Notes: generated from the letters alone by a model not told the origin. A stretch of 64,000 nt of DNA from an uncultured Eggerthella sp. (GCA_958431815.1 CAUASB010000002.1:121690-185689), one strand, 5' to 3'; numbered from the stretch's first letter, positions 39,498 through 57,011 are shown. Translations and numbers: made by a program.

Positions 39498-41624
39498 TTA
39501 CTGGCCGCACAGCGCCTTCCTGAACAGCTTTGCGAAGGCTTCGCAGCCATCATCGGTCAGATGCTGGCCGTCGTCGACCAAGTATTCGCTATGGCCTTCG
39601 CTTTCACCGTACCAATCGATGATCCCGACATTGCTGTTTTGATCAGCGTAGTCGCGCAGAATCTGATTGTTCGCATCCTGCAAGGGATAGGGGCAACGAA
39701 TGGTAACGAAGTACATCGGCTTGCCGCCAACCGCGTCGATCATCTTCTGGACAATCGACTTGTCACGGATAAGACTGTTGCCGCCCAATTCGACGATAAC
39801 GGCACTGCCGTTCCAACCCTCGCTTACCGCATCGCGGTACACGTCGGGTCCTACGGAAAGCTGGCGGCTTACCTTTGCGTCCAACCATGCATCGGGCAGG
39901 TACTTCTTTATCTGCGCAGAGGCACCGTCCCCCACCGAGTCGCCGATTATCAGCACGTCGGCATTGCAGGTTCCCTTTTCCGCATCGTAAGTCCATGCGC
40001 TTGCGTTCAGGTTATCGGGCACCTTTTCTGCCTGCGGGCTCAACGCACCAGATTGTCCCTCTGTTCCAGACTGAGCAGCAGCTTCGGACGAATCGGATTC
40101 TTGTTGGCTTTCCTGACCAGACGACGCGCTTTGGGCAAGCTCAGGGCGCAGCTCTTGGGCACGTGCCTGCGATATCGCCTGCCAATCAAGGGGCAATACG
40201 ATCAGCAGAAAAACCAGCACCGTGCTTACCACCGTGGCAACGTTTGCGGCACGGGTGTCGGAAAGGGAGCGTACAAGTGCAATGCAGCGCGCAGGGATGG
40301 TTTCCTTTTTGCTTTGCCGTATTGCCTGGCCAGACGCCTGCGAACGTGAGACAGGACGCCCCTCCCCCGCCTTTGCCGCTGCACACTTTTTCGGGGCTTT
40401 TCGCGTAAAGGGCTGTTCGACGAACCGATAGAACACCTCGGAAAGAAGAAGGATCACCACGAAGCCCAAAGCCCATTCCCACCACTCAAGCGGCGTGGTG
40501 CGCGTTGCCGGATTCATCACCGTAAGAATAGGGTAATGGATCAGGTAAATCGAAAACGAGCGGCCGCCCAAATACACCAACGGCTTGCATGAGAGGATCT
40601 TCGAAACGATGCACCCCGGCTGTTGCACCGTCAGCACCAGCAAACAGCACATAACGGCAACCGCAAGATACCCGCCACGGTACAGCCACGCATCCTGACC
40701 GTTGGCAAAAACAAAACCAACAACCAAAAGAATCAGGCACACTGCCGAGATGACATTCGCCTTGGCAACGGCGGCTTGCTTGTTGCCGCCCAAGATGAAA
40801 TGCTCCAAGGAATCGAACGCAATGGCCAGAAAAGCGCCCGACAGAAGCTCGGCTGCACGAGCATCGGTGCCGTAATACACACGCGCCGTGTCGGCGTTGG
40901 GGTCGAACAGAAGCGCCATCGCAAGCGTCGAGGCCGCCATCAGCGCACCAACGCCTGCCAACAGTCCCTTCCGTGTTCTGAACAGGCATGTCAGCAGCAT
41001 CAAAAGAATGGGCCACAGCACGTAGAACTGCATTGTAACGCCCGTGAACCACAGATGGGTCAGGGGTGACGGTAGGCCTGCAGCTGCAAAATAGGAAACG
41101 TTGCGGAATATGTACGACCAATTGCTGAAGAACAGCACCGAGGGTAAGGCATCCGCCTGCACCTTCGGAAGCAATGCCGGGCTCATCGCGAAGATCAAGA
41201 TTGCCGCGAAGGCAATGGCAACGATGATAGGTGGAAGCAAACGGCGAACACGCTTCTTAAGATAGTCCGCATACGAGAACTCGCCCGTTCTGTCCAAGCC
41301 CCGCAAAATACTTCTGGTAATGAAGTATCCCGTCAGCACGAAGAACAGGGTTACGCCTAAAAAACCACCCTCTAACGCGGACGGCCTCATATGGAACAAG
41401 ACCACACCGATAATCGCTACGGCTCGCAACCCGTCGAGTGCTTTAATCCTCCCCTTGTCTTTTTTCTGACGGGGCTTTTGACGTTTTGCGGCAGGAGCTT
41501 GTGCCCTTGGCCGCTGTGTTGGGCGATGGCTGGACTGTTGCACTGACATACTTTCAACGAATAAAAGGCTTACCATTTTTCCTGATAAACCGCTGTTTTG
41601 CTTTTTATCACATTGTATAGACAA
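39498..41624 (-). CDS. Acyltransferase-3 membrane domain fused to SGNH hydrolase (OatA-like O-acetyltransferase)
   Basis: 708 aa: N-terminal multi-TM acyltransferase_3, C-terminal SGNH/GDSL-like domain (LIIGDSVG). Confidence 0.7.
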   Translation of the reverse strand: MSIQCDKKQNSGLSGKMVSLLFVESMSVQQSSHRPTQRPRAQAPAAKRQKPRQKKDKGRIKALDGLRAVAIIGVVLFHMRPSALEGGFLGVTLFFVLTGYFITRSILRGLDRTGEFSYADYLKKRVRRLLPPIIVAIAFAAILIFAMSPALLPKVQADALPSVLFFSNWSYIFRNVSYFAAAGLPSPLTHLWFTGVTMQFYVLWPILLMLLTCLFRTRKGLLAGVGALMAASTLAMALLFDPNADTARVYYGTDARAAELLSGAFLAIAFDSLEHFILGGNKQAAVAKANVISAVCLILLVVGFVFANGQDAWLYRGGYLAVAVMCCLLVLTVQQPGCIVSKILSCKPLVYLGGRSFSIYLIHYPILTVMNPATRTTPLEWWEWALGFVVILLLSEVFYRFVEQPFTRKAPKKCAAAKAGEGRPVSRSQASGQAIRQSKKETIPARCIALVRSLSDTRAANVATVVSTVLVFLLIVLPLDWQAISQARAQELRPELAQSASSGQESQQESDSSEAAAQSGTEGQSGALSPQAEKVPDNLNASAWTYDAEKGTCNADVLIIGDSVGDGASAQIKKYLPDAWLDAKVSRQLSVGPDVYRDAVSEGWNGSAVIVELGGNSLIRDKSIVQKMIDAVGGKPMYFVTIRCPYPLQDANNQILRDYADQNSNVGIIDWYGESEGHSEYLVDDGQHLTDDGCEAFAKLFRKALCGQ

Positions 41625-41689
41625 GAAAACCCATCAAACAACCCCATATGCTCAAACGGGCGTTACCAAACGGTGAACTTTCTTGCCCC

Positions 41690-41730
41690 GAAACGCAAAA
41701 AAGCGCGCTCCCCGAAGGGAACGCGCTTTA
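41690..41730 (-). terminator. Intrinsic terminator after rpoC
   Basis: Minus-strand hairpin AAGCGCGTTCCC-ttcg-GGGAGCGCGCTT followed by UUUUUUGCGUUU. Confidence 0.7.
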
Positions 41731-41749
41731 AGTAAATCAGCTGTGAAGC

Positions 41750-44700
41750 CTACTCTTCGTCAGACTTCTTTTCCTGATCGGCGTCCGTGGTGTGCAGACC
41801 CAGATCGTTGGAACCCAGAAGGGCATCAAGCTCTTCAAGGTTGCGCTGGTAAGAGCGCGGAGGCAGAGCCTCACCCAGCATGTCCTCGCCTTCAGTGTTG
41901 AAGGTTGCGGGCTGGTCGCCACCGATGAGCACGGTGTCGTCAGGAGAGAACACCATGTCAAGAAGCTGGCTCATGTCGTCACGCGATGCAGACAAGTCAT
42001 CTTCGATCACATGGGACAGGCCGTGCTTTTCCAGGCCTTCCTTCAGCTCTTCGATAGCCTTGGTGCCAATGCCCTCGATGCGCAGCAGGTCGTCTTCGGT
42101 GTGACCCACCAGGTCGGCCACCGTTTCGATGCCAGCCTCGGAGAACTTGTTAGCCCAACGCTGCGAAACGCCCAGGTCGTCGTAGATGTACAGACGAGCA
42201 TCTTCATCGGAGAGCTTGCTGCCGCGGTAACCCGACGTGATGGAAGCAAAGTAGCTTGCATAGTCGGAACCGGAGCCAAGGTAGCCATCGCCATCAAGCG
42301 ACCAATCCTGCGGCTGAGGCAAAAGCTCTTCAATTTCGCGAAGCGCCTCAGGGGCGGAATCGGGCAGACGGTCGGAGTCAACCTTGTCAACCGGAACGCC
42401 ACGGTAGGTAAGGCCCACGTCGTGATAACGCTTAAGGCCGGTACCAGCCGGAATAGGCTTACCGATGATAACGTTTTCCTTCAGGCCCTGCAGGGTATCG
42501 ACCTTGCCCTCGATTGCAGCATCGGTAAGAACCTTGGTGGTTTCCTGGAACGATGCAGCGGACAGGAACGAATCGGTTGCCAGCGAAGCCTTGGTGATGC
42601 CCAGCAGCAAAGGCTGACCCACCGGAGGATTCTTGCCTTCCAGAACCAGAGCGTTAGCCGTGTCCTCGAACTCGAAGCGGTTGACCTGACGGCCCGGCAG
42701 GTAGTCGGAATCGCCAGGATCAAGGACAGCAACCTTACGCAGCATCTGACGGGCAATAACCTCGATGTGCTTGTCGTTGATGTCTACGCCCTGGGACACG
42801 TACACGTCCTGAACCTGAGCAACGATGTAGCGAAGCGTGGTGTTCGGGTCGGTAAGGCGAAGCAGGTCGTGGGGGTTTACGGAGCCCTTGGTGAGCTGCT
42901 GGCCAACCTCTACCTCACACCCGTCGGTAACGCCCGGCAAGAGCGTTGCACGAGCAGATACCACGTACTCGCGGATGTTGCCTTCCTGATCGTGAACGGT
43001 CAGGGTCTTGTTCTGCTTGTCGGCAGTTACCTGCAAGGTACCGGAGATTTCCGCAAGAACAGCCTGGCCCTTAGGCTTGCGAGCCTCGAAAAGCTCGGTA
43101 ACACGAGGCAGACCGTGCGTAATGTCTTCACCTGCAACACCGCCGGCGTGGAAGGTACGCATCGTAAGCTGCGTACCAGGCTCGCCAATGGACTGAGCCG
43201 CGATAATGCCGACTGCCGTGCCGATGTTGACCGGACGAGCGGTGGCAAGGTCCCAACCGTAGCACTTCTGGCAAACGCCGTGCTCTGCATGGCAGGTCAT
43301 AACCGTGCGGATGTTGATGGTGTCGATACCGGCAGCATCCATCGCAGCAACCTGATCCATCGAGCTGATGAAGTCGCCAGCTGCAACGATCGTGTTGCCC
43401 TCGGCGTCCTGAACGTCTTCCAGAACGCAGCGGCCTACCAGGTTCTCGTCGAGCTCGCCCTTGTCGTTGTGGATCGGGTAGGGAACGCCATCGGACGTAC
43501 CGCAGTCGATCTCGCGAACGATAACGTCCTGAGCAACGTCAACCAGACGACGGGTAAGGTAACCGGAGTCAGCGGTACGCAGTGCAGTGTCGGCCATGCC
43601 CTTTCGAGTGCCGTGCGTGGAAATGAAGTATTCCAGAACGGAAAGGCCCTCACGGAAGTTCGACTTAACCGGAATATCGATCGTGCCGCCCTTGGTGTCT
43701 GCCATCAGGCCACGCATACCAGCAAGCTGACGAATCTGCTTGATGTTACCTCGAGCACCGGAGTCGGCCATCATGAAGATCGGGTTGAACTTGTCGAAGT
43801 TGGCTGCCATGGCATCGCCGACTTCTTCGTTCGCCTCGGTCCAGATGTCGACTACCTGCTTGTGACGCTCTTCAGCGCTCATCAGGCCCATCTCGTAGTC
43901 TTCCTCGATGGCGGCAACCTTGTTGTCGGCATCGGCCAGGATCTCGCCCTTGGCAGGAGGTACCGTTGCGTCGTAAACGGAAACGGTGATGCCTGCGATA
44001 GTGGCGTAATGGAAGCCGGTGTCCTTCAAGCCGTCAAGGATAGGCTCAACCTCGGAAAGGGTGTAGCGGTTGCAAACATCCTCTACGATGCGGCCGATTT
44101 CCTTCTTGTTCATCTGGTAGTTCAGGAACGGGTAATCGTCCGGGAACACGTTGTTGAAGATGATGCGGCCAATGGTGGTCTGCAGGCGCGTGCCGGCCTT
44201 GTGCTCTTCGAAGGTGCCGAACGAGGTTGCAACCTGGGTGTCCTTGGTAAGGCGAACCCAGATCTTGGCCTGCAGGTCAACTTCAGCGCGAGCATCGTAG
44301 GCGTTGCGTGCGTCAGCAAAATCGATGAAGGCACGACCCTCGCCGGGGAAGCCATCGCGGGCAGCGGTGAGGTAGTACATGCCGATGATCATATCCTGAG
44401 TAGGAACGGTCAGCGGACGGCCATGAGCAGGCGACTTGATGTTGTTCGCGGACAGCATCAGCACGCGAGCCTCGGCCTGAGCCTCGGCGCCCAGCGGCAG
44501 ATGGACTGCCATCTGGTCACCGTCGAAGTCAGCGTTGAATGCGGTGCATACCAACGGGTGCAGCTTGATTGCCTTGCCTTCTACCAGTACCGGCTCGAAT
44601 GCCTGAATGCCCAAGCGGTGCAGCGTAGGTGCGCGGTTCAGCAGCACAGGATGCTCGACGATAACCTCTTCCAGAACGTCCCATACATAGCTTGCGCCAC

Positions 44701-46141
44701 GGTCTACCGCACGCTTTGCCGCCTTGATGTTAGCAGCATACTCGAGCTCTACCAGGCGCTTCATTACGAAGGGCTTGAACAGTTCGAGTGCCATCTGCTG
44801 AGGCAGGCCGCACTGATGCAGCTTCAGGCTAGGACCGACGACGATTACGGAACGGCCGGAGTAGTCAACGCGCTTGCCCAGCAGGTTCTGACGGAAGCGG
44901 CCCTGCTTGCCCTTCAGCATGTCGGAGAGCGACTTCAGCGGACGGTTGCCAGGACCCGTTACCGGACGGCCGCGACGACCGTTGTCGAACAGGGAGTCAA
45001 CGGCTTCCTGAAGCATACGCTTCTCGTTGTTGACGATGATCTCAGGAGCACCCAGGTCGAGCAGACGCTTCAAGCGGTTGTTACGGTTGATGACGCGACG
45101 ATACAGATCGTTCAGGTCGGACGTTGCGAAACGGCCGCCGTCGAGCTGAACCATAGGACGAAGATCCGGCGGGATAACCGGGATTACATCCAGGATCATG
45201 TCGGAAGGCTTGTTGGAGGAATGAAGGAAGGAGTCCACAACCTTCAGACGCTTAATAGCCTTGGTGCGCTTCTGGCCCTTGCCCGTGGCAACGGTTTCGG
45301 TGAGCTCTTCAGCCGTAGCAGCCAGATCGATGCTGTCCAGCAGGTCGCGGATAGCCTCAGCACCCATGCCACCCTTGAAGTAGTCGGAGTAGTTCAGGCG
45401 CATCTCACGATACAGAGCCTCGTCGGATACGAGCTGCTTGGGCTCGATCTTCAGGAAGGCCTCCAGAGCCTCGGAACGCAGGGTCTTGCGCTCGTTGAAC
45501 TCCTCGTAGATGTCGGCGATCTCTTCTTCAACCTCTTCGGGCGTCATGCGCTCGTCTTCGTCGATGTCGTCGACGAATTCGTCCTCTTCGGGAACGTAGT
45601 CAACGGACAGACGGCGCGTAGCCTCGATAAGGCGATCGCGCTCGGCGTCCAATTCTTCCAAGTCTGCGGAAAGCTCGTCACGCAGCTCTTCTACGTCCTC
45701 GTCGCGTGCTTCCTTGTCAACCTCGGTGATGATGGAAGATGCGAAGTAGAGAACCTTCTCAAGCTCCTTCGGCGGAATGTCGAGCAGGTAGCCCAGACGC
45801 GAAGGGGAACCCTTGAAATACCAGATATGGCTTACCGGAGCAGCGAGCTCGATGTGGCCCATGCGCTCACGGCGAACCTTGGAGCGCGTAACCTCAACAC
45901 CGCAGCGTTCGCAGACGATGCCCTTGAAGCGAATGCGCTTGTACTTACCGCAGGCGCACTCCCAGTCCTTCGTGGGGCCGAAGATCTTCTCGCAGAACAA
46001 GCCGTCCTTTTCGGGCTTGAGCGTACGGTAGTTAATGGTTTCGGGCTTCTTTACTTCGCCGCGAGACCAACCACGAATATCTTCAGCGCTTGCAAGAGAG
46101 ATGCGGATGGCGTCGAAATTGTTAACGTCAAATTCGCTCAT
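41750..46141 (-). CDS. rpoC: DNA-directed RNA polymerase subunit beta'
   Basis: 1463 aa with NADFDGD and a zinc-binding N-terminus. Confidence 0.95.
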   Translation of the reverse strand: MSEFDVNNFDAIRISLASAEDIRGWSRGEVKKPETINYRTLKPEKDGLFCEKIFGPTKDWECACGKYKRIRFKGIVCERCGVEVTRSKVRRERMGHIELAAPVSHIWYFKGSPSRLGYLLDIPPKELEKVLYFASSIITEVDKEARDEDVEELRDELSADLEELDAERDRLIEATRRLSVDYVPEEDEFVDDIDEDERMTPEEVEEEIADIYEEFNERKTLRSEALEAFLKIEPKQLVSDEALYREMRLNYSDYFKGGMGAEAIRDLLDSIDLAATAEELTETVATGKGQKRTKAIKRLKVVDSFLHSSNKPSDMILDVIPVIPPDLRPMVQLDGGRFATSDLNDLYRRVINRNNRLKRLLDLGAPEIIVNNEKRMLQEAVDSLFDNGRRGRPVTGPGNRPLKSLSDMLKGKQGRFRQNLLGKRVDYSGRSVIVVGPSLKLHQCGLPQQMALELFKPFVMKRLVELEYAANIKAAKRAVDRGASYVWDVLEEVIVEHPVLLNRAPTLHRLGIQAFEPVLVEGKAIKLHPLVCTAFNADFDGDQMAVHLPLGAEAQAEARVLMLSANNIKSPAHGRPLTVPTQDMIIGMYYLTAARDGFPGEGRAFIDFADARNAYDARAEVDLQAKIWVRLTKDTQVATSFGTFEEHKAGTRLQTTIGRIIFNNVFPDDYPFLNYQMNKKEIGRIVEDVCNRYTLSEVEPILDGLKDTGFHYATIAGITVSVYDATVPPAKGEILADADNKVAAIEEDYEMGLMSAEERHKQVVDIWTEANEEVGDAMAANFDKFNPIFMMADSGARGNIKQIRQLAGMRGLMADTKGGTIDIPVKSNFREGLSVLEYFISTHGTRKGMADTALRTADSGYLTRRLVDVAQDVIVREIDCGTSDGVPYPIHNDKGELDENLVGRCVLEDVQDAEGNTIVAAGDFISSMDQVAAMDAAGIDTINIRTVMTCHAEHGVCQKCYGWDLATARPVNIGTAVGIIAAQSIGEPGTQLTMRTFHAGGVAGEDITHGLPRVTELFEARKPKGQAVLAEISGTLQVTADKQNKTLTVHDQEGNIREYVVSARATLLPGVTDGCEVEVGQQLTKGSVNPHDLLRLTDPNTTLRYIVAQVQDVYVSQGVDINDKHIEVIARQMLRKVAVLDPGDSDYLPGRQVNRFEFEDTANALVLEGKNPPVGQPLLLGITKASLATDSFLSAASFQETTKVLTDAAIEGKVDTLQGLKENVIIGKPIPAGTGLKRYHDVGLTYRGVPVDKVDSDRLPDSAPEALREIEELLPQPQDWSLDGDGYLGSGSDYASYFASITSGYRGSKLSDEDARLYIYDDLGVSQRWANKFSEAGIETVADLVGHTEDDLLRIEGIGTKAIEELKEGLEKHGLSHVIEDDLSASRDDMSQLLDMVFSPDDTVLIGGDQPATFNTEGEDMLGEALPPRSYQRNLEELDALLGSNDLGLHTTDADQEKKSDEE

Positions 46142-49657
<3,516 letters not shown>

Positions 49658-49956
49658 GAGTCATTTCCTCCTTCGTTGCAACCGGTTGTTTTGCAAAAAG
49701 ACACAATTTAATAAAATACTTCGAACACTATGCACCGTCAAGGAAAAATTTCTTCAAGTATGTTTTACCTATGAAGTTTTGAAAACTTTTTGCAGATTCG
49801 GTCCGACAAAAGCAGAACAGGTCAACGGACATGATATGGCGCCCTGGCTGGAACGAACGTTGCGACAACCCCTGGCGAGCGCTCAAAAAATAGCCGTCCG
49901 AAAATGACAGCACCCGCCCCTCCCGCCTTCTTACTCGCATGCATCCAAGCACGCAT

Positions 49957-49992
49957 AAAAAAAAAGAACCGCCTGAAGGCGGTTCTTTTTCT
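49957..49992. terminator. Bidirectional intrinsic terminator (A9-GAACCGCC-tgaag-GGCGGTTC-T5)
   Basis: Perfect 8-bp GC stem flanked by A- and T-tracts. Terminates the DUF1292 gene on the minus strand. Confidence 0.7.
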
Positions 49993-50004
49993 CTTTAAGC
50001 AGCA

Positions 50005-50325
50005 TTACTGGAAATCGTAAAGATCCTTCGTTGCCACCTTGAAGTCCTCGTATACCTCGGCGGCGATGGCATCGTCTAAAACAAGCTCGAAGGCAGCAGG
50101 TTGACCCTCTTCGTCGAGCTCGGTAACTTCCAGAATGGTTACCTCACCCGAGCCGCCGGCCTCTTCCCCATCGCCGATGGCGTAGAAGAAACCGTAGCGA
50201 CGGCCCTCGTGAATGATGAGCCCCAAGAACTCAAGGTTCACCGTGTCGCCCGATTCGTCTTGGAACGTGAAAACGGTGCCCTCTTCAACGGGCGGGGCGA
50301 AGTTGGGTGCGCTTCCTTCTCTCAT
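50005..50325 (-). CDS. DUF1292 family protein
   Basis: Acidic 106-aa protein; the DUF1292 assignment is by overall resemblance. Confidence 0.6.
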   Translation of the reverse strand: MREGSAPNFAPPVEEGTVFTFQDESGDTVNLEFLGLIIHEGRRYGFFYAIGDGEEAGGSGEVTILEVTELDEEGQPAAFELVLDDAIAAEVYEDFKVATKDLYDFQ

Positions 50326-53111
50326 TATTTCTTCCTCCTGTAACGGATCGGCTCGGAATTGCTAGCCTTCTTGGCTTTCTTCTTCTTGGCGTTGGCCTTC
50401 TTCGCTTCCTCGCCAGCAGGCGCATCAGCGGAGGCGGCAACCGCAACGGGCTGCTCGGCTACTGCACCGGCAGGCAGAACCGGAGTGGAAGCAAAGGTGA
50501 AGCGGGTGATGTCGGTGCCGTACTTCTTAACCAGCTTGGCATTCTTTTCCTCGCGCGACTTCCACATGGCGAACAGAGGCGTAGCCACTGCGATGGAAGA
50601 GTACGAACCAGCGATAAGGCCAACCGACATGGCGAAGGCGAAGTCCTTCAACGTTTCACCACCGAACAGCAGCATGCCCAGAACCGGAACAAACGAAGTG
50701 AGCGTGGTGTTGACCGAGCGGATGAACACCTGGTTCAGCGAATGGTTCGCCATCGACATGAAGGTGCACTTGACGTCGGAGTCCTTCATGTTGTCGTTGA
50801 TGCGGTGGAACACTACCACGGTGTCGTAGAGCGAGTAGCCCAAAATGGTGAGCAACGCCGCCACCGTATTAGGCGTAACCTCGCGTCCGACCAAGGCATA
50901 AACGCCCACCACGATGATGAGGTCGTGGAGCAGGGCCACAACCGCCATGATGCCCATCTTGTACTCGAAGCGAATAGCAATGTAGGCAATGATCAACAGC
51001 AGTGAAACCACGAATGCGATGAGCGACGACCGAATAACGCTCTGACCCCAGTCAGGTCCAACCGTATTCACCTCGTAGCTGTTGGTGCTCAGGTTCAGCT
51101 CGCTTGCCACCTTGGTTGCCGTAGCGGCAGCAGTTTCAGCCGAAGTGGTGGTAGTGCGTACCAGGAAGCCCTCGGAGCCATCGGAGTTGGTGGTCTGAAC
51201 AACCGCGTCGGGCTCGCCGGCGTCAGCGAAGGCAGCGCGCATATCCTCGATGGACGTATCGCCCGTGCCGTGGAAGGTGATCGAGGTGCCGCCCACGAAT
51301 TCGATGCCGAACTGCAGGCCCTTGGCGCCCACAACCACAAACGACAGGACAACCAGCACCGCAGAAAGCGTGAGGAACACCTTGCGAACGCCCAGGAAGT
51401 TGATGTCGCGTTTGATGAAGCGGCCCTTCAACTCGTCGATCGTCTTATGGGCGATGGACTTCTTTTCCTCGGCCGCCTCAGCAGAAGGATGGGCAACCGT
51501 GCCCGTCTGCTCGGCGCGCAAGTCGGCGTACACCGGTGCGGCTTCCTGGCAATCGCGGATGCCCCAGAAGCCGGGGTGCTTGGCAATGACATGCGGAGCA
51601 AGCAGGCGAATAAGCGGAGCCTTCAGCAACAGCATCATCACGATGTCGCAGGCAATGCCCAGGGCAAGCGTAAGGCCGAAGCCCTTAACGCTTGCCGAAG
51701 CCAGGAAGAACAGGGTAAGGGCCGAAACCAGCGAAACCAAGTCGGCGTCGATGGAGGTTTCGATGCCGTGGCGAACACCGGTGATGGAAGCCGCGCGGAC
51801 GCTTCTGCCCATGCGGATTTCCTCGCGGAAGCGTTCCAATACCAGAATGGAAGAGTCGGCTGCCATGCCGATGGTAAGCACGATGCCGGCGATGCCCGCC
51901 AAAGAAAGCGAGAACAAACCGAACGCCGAAAGCGTTGCCAAGAGACCCAAGTACAAAACGGCGAACACGCCCATAGCAGCTGCCGTGAGCAGGCCCAGGC
52001 CACGGTAGAAGCACAGCAGGTACAGCATAACCAGCGCAAGGCCCAGGATTGCTACGATCAGGCCGCTAGTAAGCGCATCCTGACCAAGCGTAGGTCCTAC
52101 GACCTGGCTCTGCTCGTACTGGAAGCTAACCGGCAAGGAACCGCTTTCCAGCACCGTCTGCAGCGACTGCGCTTCCTCAAGCGTGTAGTTGCCGGTAATG
52201 GAAACCTGACCGCCGGTGATCTCAGACTGAACCGCCGGCGCAGACTGAATCTGGCCGTCGAGGATGATAACGATCTGGCCGTTCGTGGGAGCCAGGTCGC
52301 GCGTTGCATCGGCGAAGGCCTGCGTGCCGGCGGAATCGAGCGAAATGTTCACGGCGTAGTACTGGCTGGTCTCGGATGCCTTGTCAACCGTGACACGGGT
52401 GATGTTCTCACCCGTGATAAGGGGCGTATAGGTACCCGGATCCACGCTGCGGTAGGTGGTTTTACCCGTCTTGAAGGAATTGCCGAAGTCGTCCTTCACC
52501 GTGCTCTGCTGCATGTACGTGCCGTTTTTGATGGCCGCCTGGTCGTCGGAGTCGGTAAACGAATCGGCACGGGCGAATTCCAGCTTGCCCGTCTTGCCAA
52601 TGGTGGAAAGTGCCTTTTCCGGGTCGGAAAGGCCGGGGATCTGAACCAGGATCTGGTCGTTGCCCTGAACCTGCACCGTTGCCTCGGATGCGCCCAAGGC
52701 GTTAACGCGCGACTCGATGATGGCGCGGGACTTCTCCATGTCTTCCTTGGTGATGTCCTGGCCATCAGTGCTCTGCGCGGAAAGAACTACCGAAAGGCCG
52801 CCCTGAATGTCGAGGCCCTGGTTGATCTTCTCGTTCGGAGGCGTGAACATGAACACCGAGCCAATCACCAAAAGCGTGGCAACGATAAGCAACCACACGT
52901 TGCGGCGATTCTTGTTGCCGCCCGTGCGCTTGTTGCGCTCTTTCTGGCGCTTGGCGTTCTTCTTCTCTGCTTCCTTAGCGCGGGTCTTGCGGCGCTTTTC
53001 GCGCTCCTTTGCCCGTTTCTTCTCCTCGGCGGTGAGCTTCTTCTTTTCCTGAGAAGTTGCCGTGGCTTCTTTTTCCTCGTCCAATGCTTCTTCCTTGGGT
53101 TGGTCGGCCAT
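50325..53111 (-). CDS. secDF: Protein translocase SecDF (fused), with Lys/Glu-rich N-terminal extension
   Basis: 928 aa, 12 TM, SecD and SecF periplasmic domains. Confidence 0.8.
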   Translation of the reverse strand: MADQPKEEALDEEKEATATSQEKKKLTAEEKKRAKEREKRRKTRAKEAEKKNAKRQKERNKRTGGNKNRRNVWLLIVATLLVIGSVFMFTPPNEKINQGLDIQGGLSVVLSAQSTDGQDITKEDMEKSRAIIESRVNALGASEATVQVQGNDQILVQIPGLSDPEKALSTIGKTGKLEFARADSFTDSDDQAAIKNGTYMQQSTVKDDFGNSFKTGKTTYRSVDPGTYTPLITGENITRVTVDKASETSQYYAVNISLDSAGTQAFADATRDLAPTNGQIVIILDGQIQSAPAVQSEITGGQVSITGNYTLEEAQSLQTVLESGSLPVSFQYEQSQVVGPTLGQDALTSGLIVAILGLALVMLYLLCFYRGLGLLTAAAMGVFAVLYLGLLATLSAFGLFSLSLAGIAGIVLTIGMAADSSILVLERFREEIRMGRSVRAASITGVRHGIETSIDADLVSLVSALTLFFLASASVKGFGLTLALGIACDIVMMLLLKAPLIRLLAPHVIAKHPGFWGIRDCQEAAPVYADLRAEQTGTVAHPSAEAAEEKKSIAHKTIDELKGRFIKRDINFLGVRKVFLTLSAVLVVLSFVVVGAKGLQFGIEFVGGTSITFHGTGDTSIEDMRAAFADAGEPDAVVQTTNSDGSEGFLVRTTTTSAETAAATATKVASELNLSTNSYEVNTVGPDWGQSVIRSSLIAFVVSLLLIIAYIAIRFEYKMGIMAVVALLHDLIIVVGVYALVGREVTPNTVAALLTILGYSLYDTVVVFHRINDNMKDSDVKCTFMSMANHSLNQVFIRSVNTTLTSFVPVLGMLLFGGETLKDFAFAMSVGLIAGSYSSIAVATPLFAMWKSREEKNAKLVKKYGTDITRFTFASTPVLPAGAVAEQPVAVAASADAPAGEEAKKANAKKKKAKKASNSEPIRYRRKK

Positions 53112-53310
53112 AGTATTCCTTCTGATTACCTACTGAACAGCACGTTAACGTGCATGTGCGTATCGGAACTATGATAGCGGCGCACACGTTAACCTGATGT
53201 TATTTCTTCAAATTAGCTACTTTACTGCACAAAAGCACACGCCGAAAGGGAAACGGCGCGCGTTGCGCAACCTGCCGCAAGGAAACGCAACAGCCCCGTT
53301 TTCCGCCCAG

Positions 53311-53343
53311 CAAGCAAAAACCGCCCCTTTCGAGGCGGTTTCG
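53311..53343 (-). terminator. Intrinsic terminator after tgt
   Basis: AACCGCC-tcgaaagg-GGCGGTT followed by UUUUGCUUG. Confidence 0.6.
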
Positions 53344-53354
53344 ACAAAGCCTAT

Positions 53355-55267
<1,913 letters not shown>

Positions 55268-55283
55268 TCAGGTGCTAGTATAG

Positions 55284-57011
55284 GTGACGCTGGAAGGAGC
55301 ATACGACGAACCTATGAAATTACTACTTCACGCCTGCTGCGGGCCCTGTTCCTTGGAACCGGTGCGAATACTCGCTGAAGCAGGTCACGACATAACCATC
55401 GCCTACCTCAATTCCAACATTGCGGCCGCATCCGAATACGAGCACCGCCTGCAAACGCTGCTTACCTGGGCGCAAAGCCAGAACATTCCGGTGATCGAAG
55501 GCCCTTACGAGCCGCACGCCTGGCAAGAAGCTGTGCGCCGCGCGTGGGACGGCACGCAGGAAAACCGGCACGACCGCTGCCGTGCCTGCTACCGCATCAG
55601 GCTTGAAGAGCTTGCCCGCTATGCCCACGAGCACGGGTTCGAGGGAATCGGCACCACCCTTACCGTAAGCCCTTACCAATATATAGACACTATCGCCGAA
55701 GAGTTGGAACGCGCCGCTGCGCCTTACGAAGGGCTTGTGCCCGTGTTCCAGGATTTCCGCGAGTTCTACCCTCAAGCAACCATTCGCAGCCGCGAACTTG
55801 GCATGTACCGCCAAAACTACTGCGGCTGCGCCTATTCCGATGCCGAGGCTGCCGCCGAACGCGCCGAGCGCAAGGCCGCGCGAAAGGCCGCCAAGGCGAA
55901 AGAGAAACGAGAAAAACTGATGAACATGCGCACCGACGATTTCGACTACGACTTGCCCGAAGAGCTCATCGCCCAAGAGCCGGCAGCTGAACGCGATGGC
56001 TGCCGCATGCTGGTGATGAAGCGCAACAACGGCGCCTTGCACGATGAGATCTTCCGCGACATTATCAACCACCTGAACCCAGGCGATCTGATCGTCGCAA
56101 ACGAGACGCGCGTTATGCCCGCCCGCCTCTTGGGCACCAAGCGCAACACCGGCGGCCAGGCCGAGGTGTTCTTGCTGCGCGAGCGCTTCGACGTTGAGCC
56201 CAAGCGCGACTCCTCTGCCATTTGGGAGGTGTTGGTACGCCCCGGCAAGCGCCTGAAACCCGGTACCGGCGCCCTAGTCGACTTCACCGACAAAGAAGGC
56301 ACCGTGGTGCTTTCCGCCGAAATCATCGACTGGGTGGAAAACGCCGAAAAGGGCGAACGCCTGGCGCGCCTTACCACGCCCCTGCCCTCGCTTGACGAAG
56401 CGCTGCACCGTGCAGGCCACACGCCCCTGCCGCCCTACATCAAGAACTACGCCGGCGATGAAGAGCTGTACCAAACGGTGTTCTCCCGCGAAGAGCGCAG
56501 CGCCGCTGCGCCCACGGCGGGCTTGCACTTCACACCCGAGTTGATCGAGCGCATCAAGGCTAAGGGCGTCGATTGGGAAACGGTCCATTTGGAAGTGGGC
56601 CTCGACACATTCCGCATTGTTGACGAGGAATTCCCGAAAGACCACCAGATTCACACCGAGCGCTATACCGTGCCCGAGAAAACGGTAGAGGCCATCAAAC
56701 GCACCAAGGCAAACGGCGGGCGTGTTATCGCCGTGGGCACTACCAGCGTACGCAGCCTGGAATCGGCTTGGGACGCTGAAGCGGGCGAGGTGTTGCCGCG
56801 TAATCGCGAGGCAACCAGCCTGTTCATCTTGCCAGGGTACGAGTTCCACGTGGTAGATGCACTGATCACCAACTTCCATGTGCCGCGCTCCACCCTGATG
56901 ATGCTGGTAAGCGCGTTCTCGAACCGCGACAACATCATGAAGGCCTACCGCCACGCCATCAAGCACAAGTACCGCATGCTTTCCTTTGGCGATGCGATGT
57001 TCATCGAGTAG
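55284..57011 (+). CDS. queA: QueH-like (DUF208) epoxyqueuosine reductase fused in-frame to QueA (tRNA ribosyltransferase-isomerase)
   Basis: Residues 1-200 are Cys-rich DUF208 (HACCGPCS..CxxC). From about residue 213, MRTDDFDYDLPEELIAQEP is a QueA N-terminus. No stop between the two. Confidence 0.7.
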   Translation: MTLEGAYDEPMKLLLHACCGPCSLEPVRILAEAGHDITIAYLNSNIAAASEYEHRLQTLLTWAQSQNIPVIEGPYEPHAWQEAVRRAWDGTQENRHDRCRACYRIRLEELARYAHEHGFEGIGTTLTVSPYQYIDTIAEELERAAAPYEGLVPVFQDFREFYPQATIRSRELGMYRQNYCGCAYSDAEAAAERAERKAARKAAKAKEKREKLMNMRTDDFDYDLPEELIAQEPAAERDGCRMLVMKRNNGALHDEIFRDIINHLNPGDLIVANETRVMPARLLGTKRNTGGQAEVFLLRERFDVEPKRDSSAIWEVLVRPGKRLKPGTGALVDFTDKEGTVVLSAEIIDWVENAEKGERLARLTTPLPSLDEALHRAGHTPLPPYIKNYAGDEELYQTVFSREERSAAAPTAGLHFTPELIERIKAKGVDWETVHLEVGLDTFRIVDEEFPKDHQIHTERYTVPEKTVEAIKRTKANGGRVIAVGTTSVRSLESAWDAEAGEVLPRNREATSLFILPGYEFHVVDALITNFHVPRSTLMMLVSAFSNRDNIMKAYRHAIKHKYRMLSFGDAMFIE

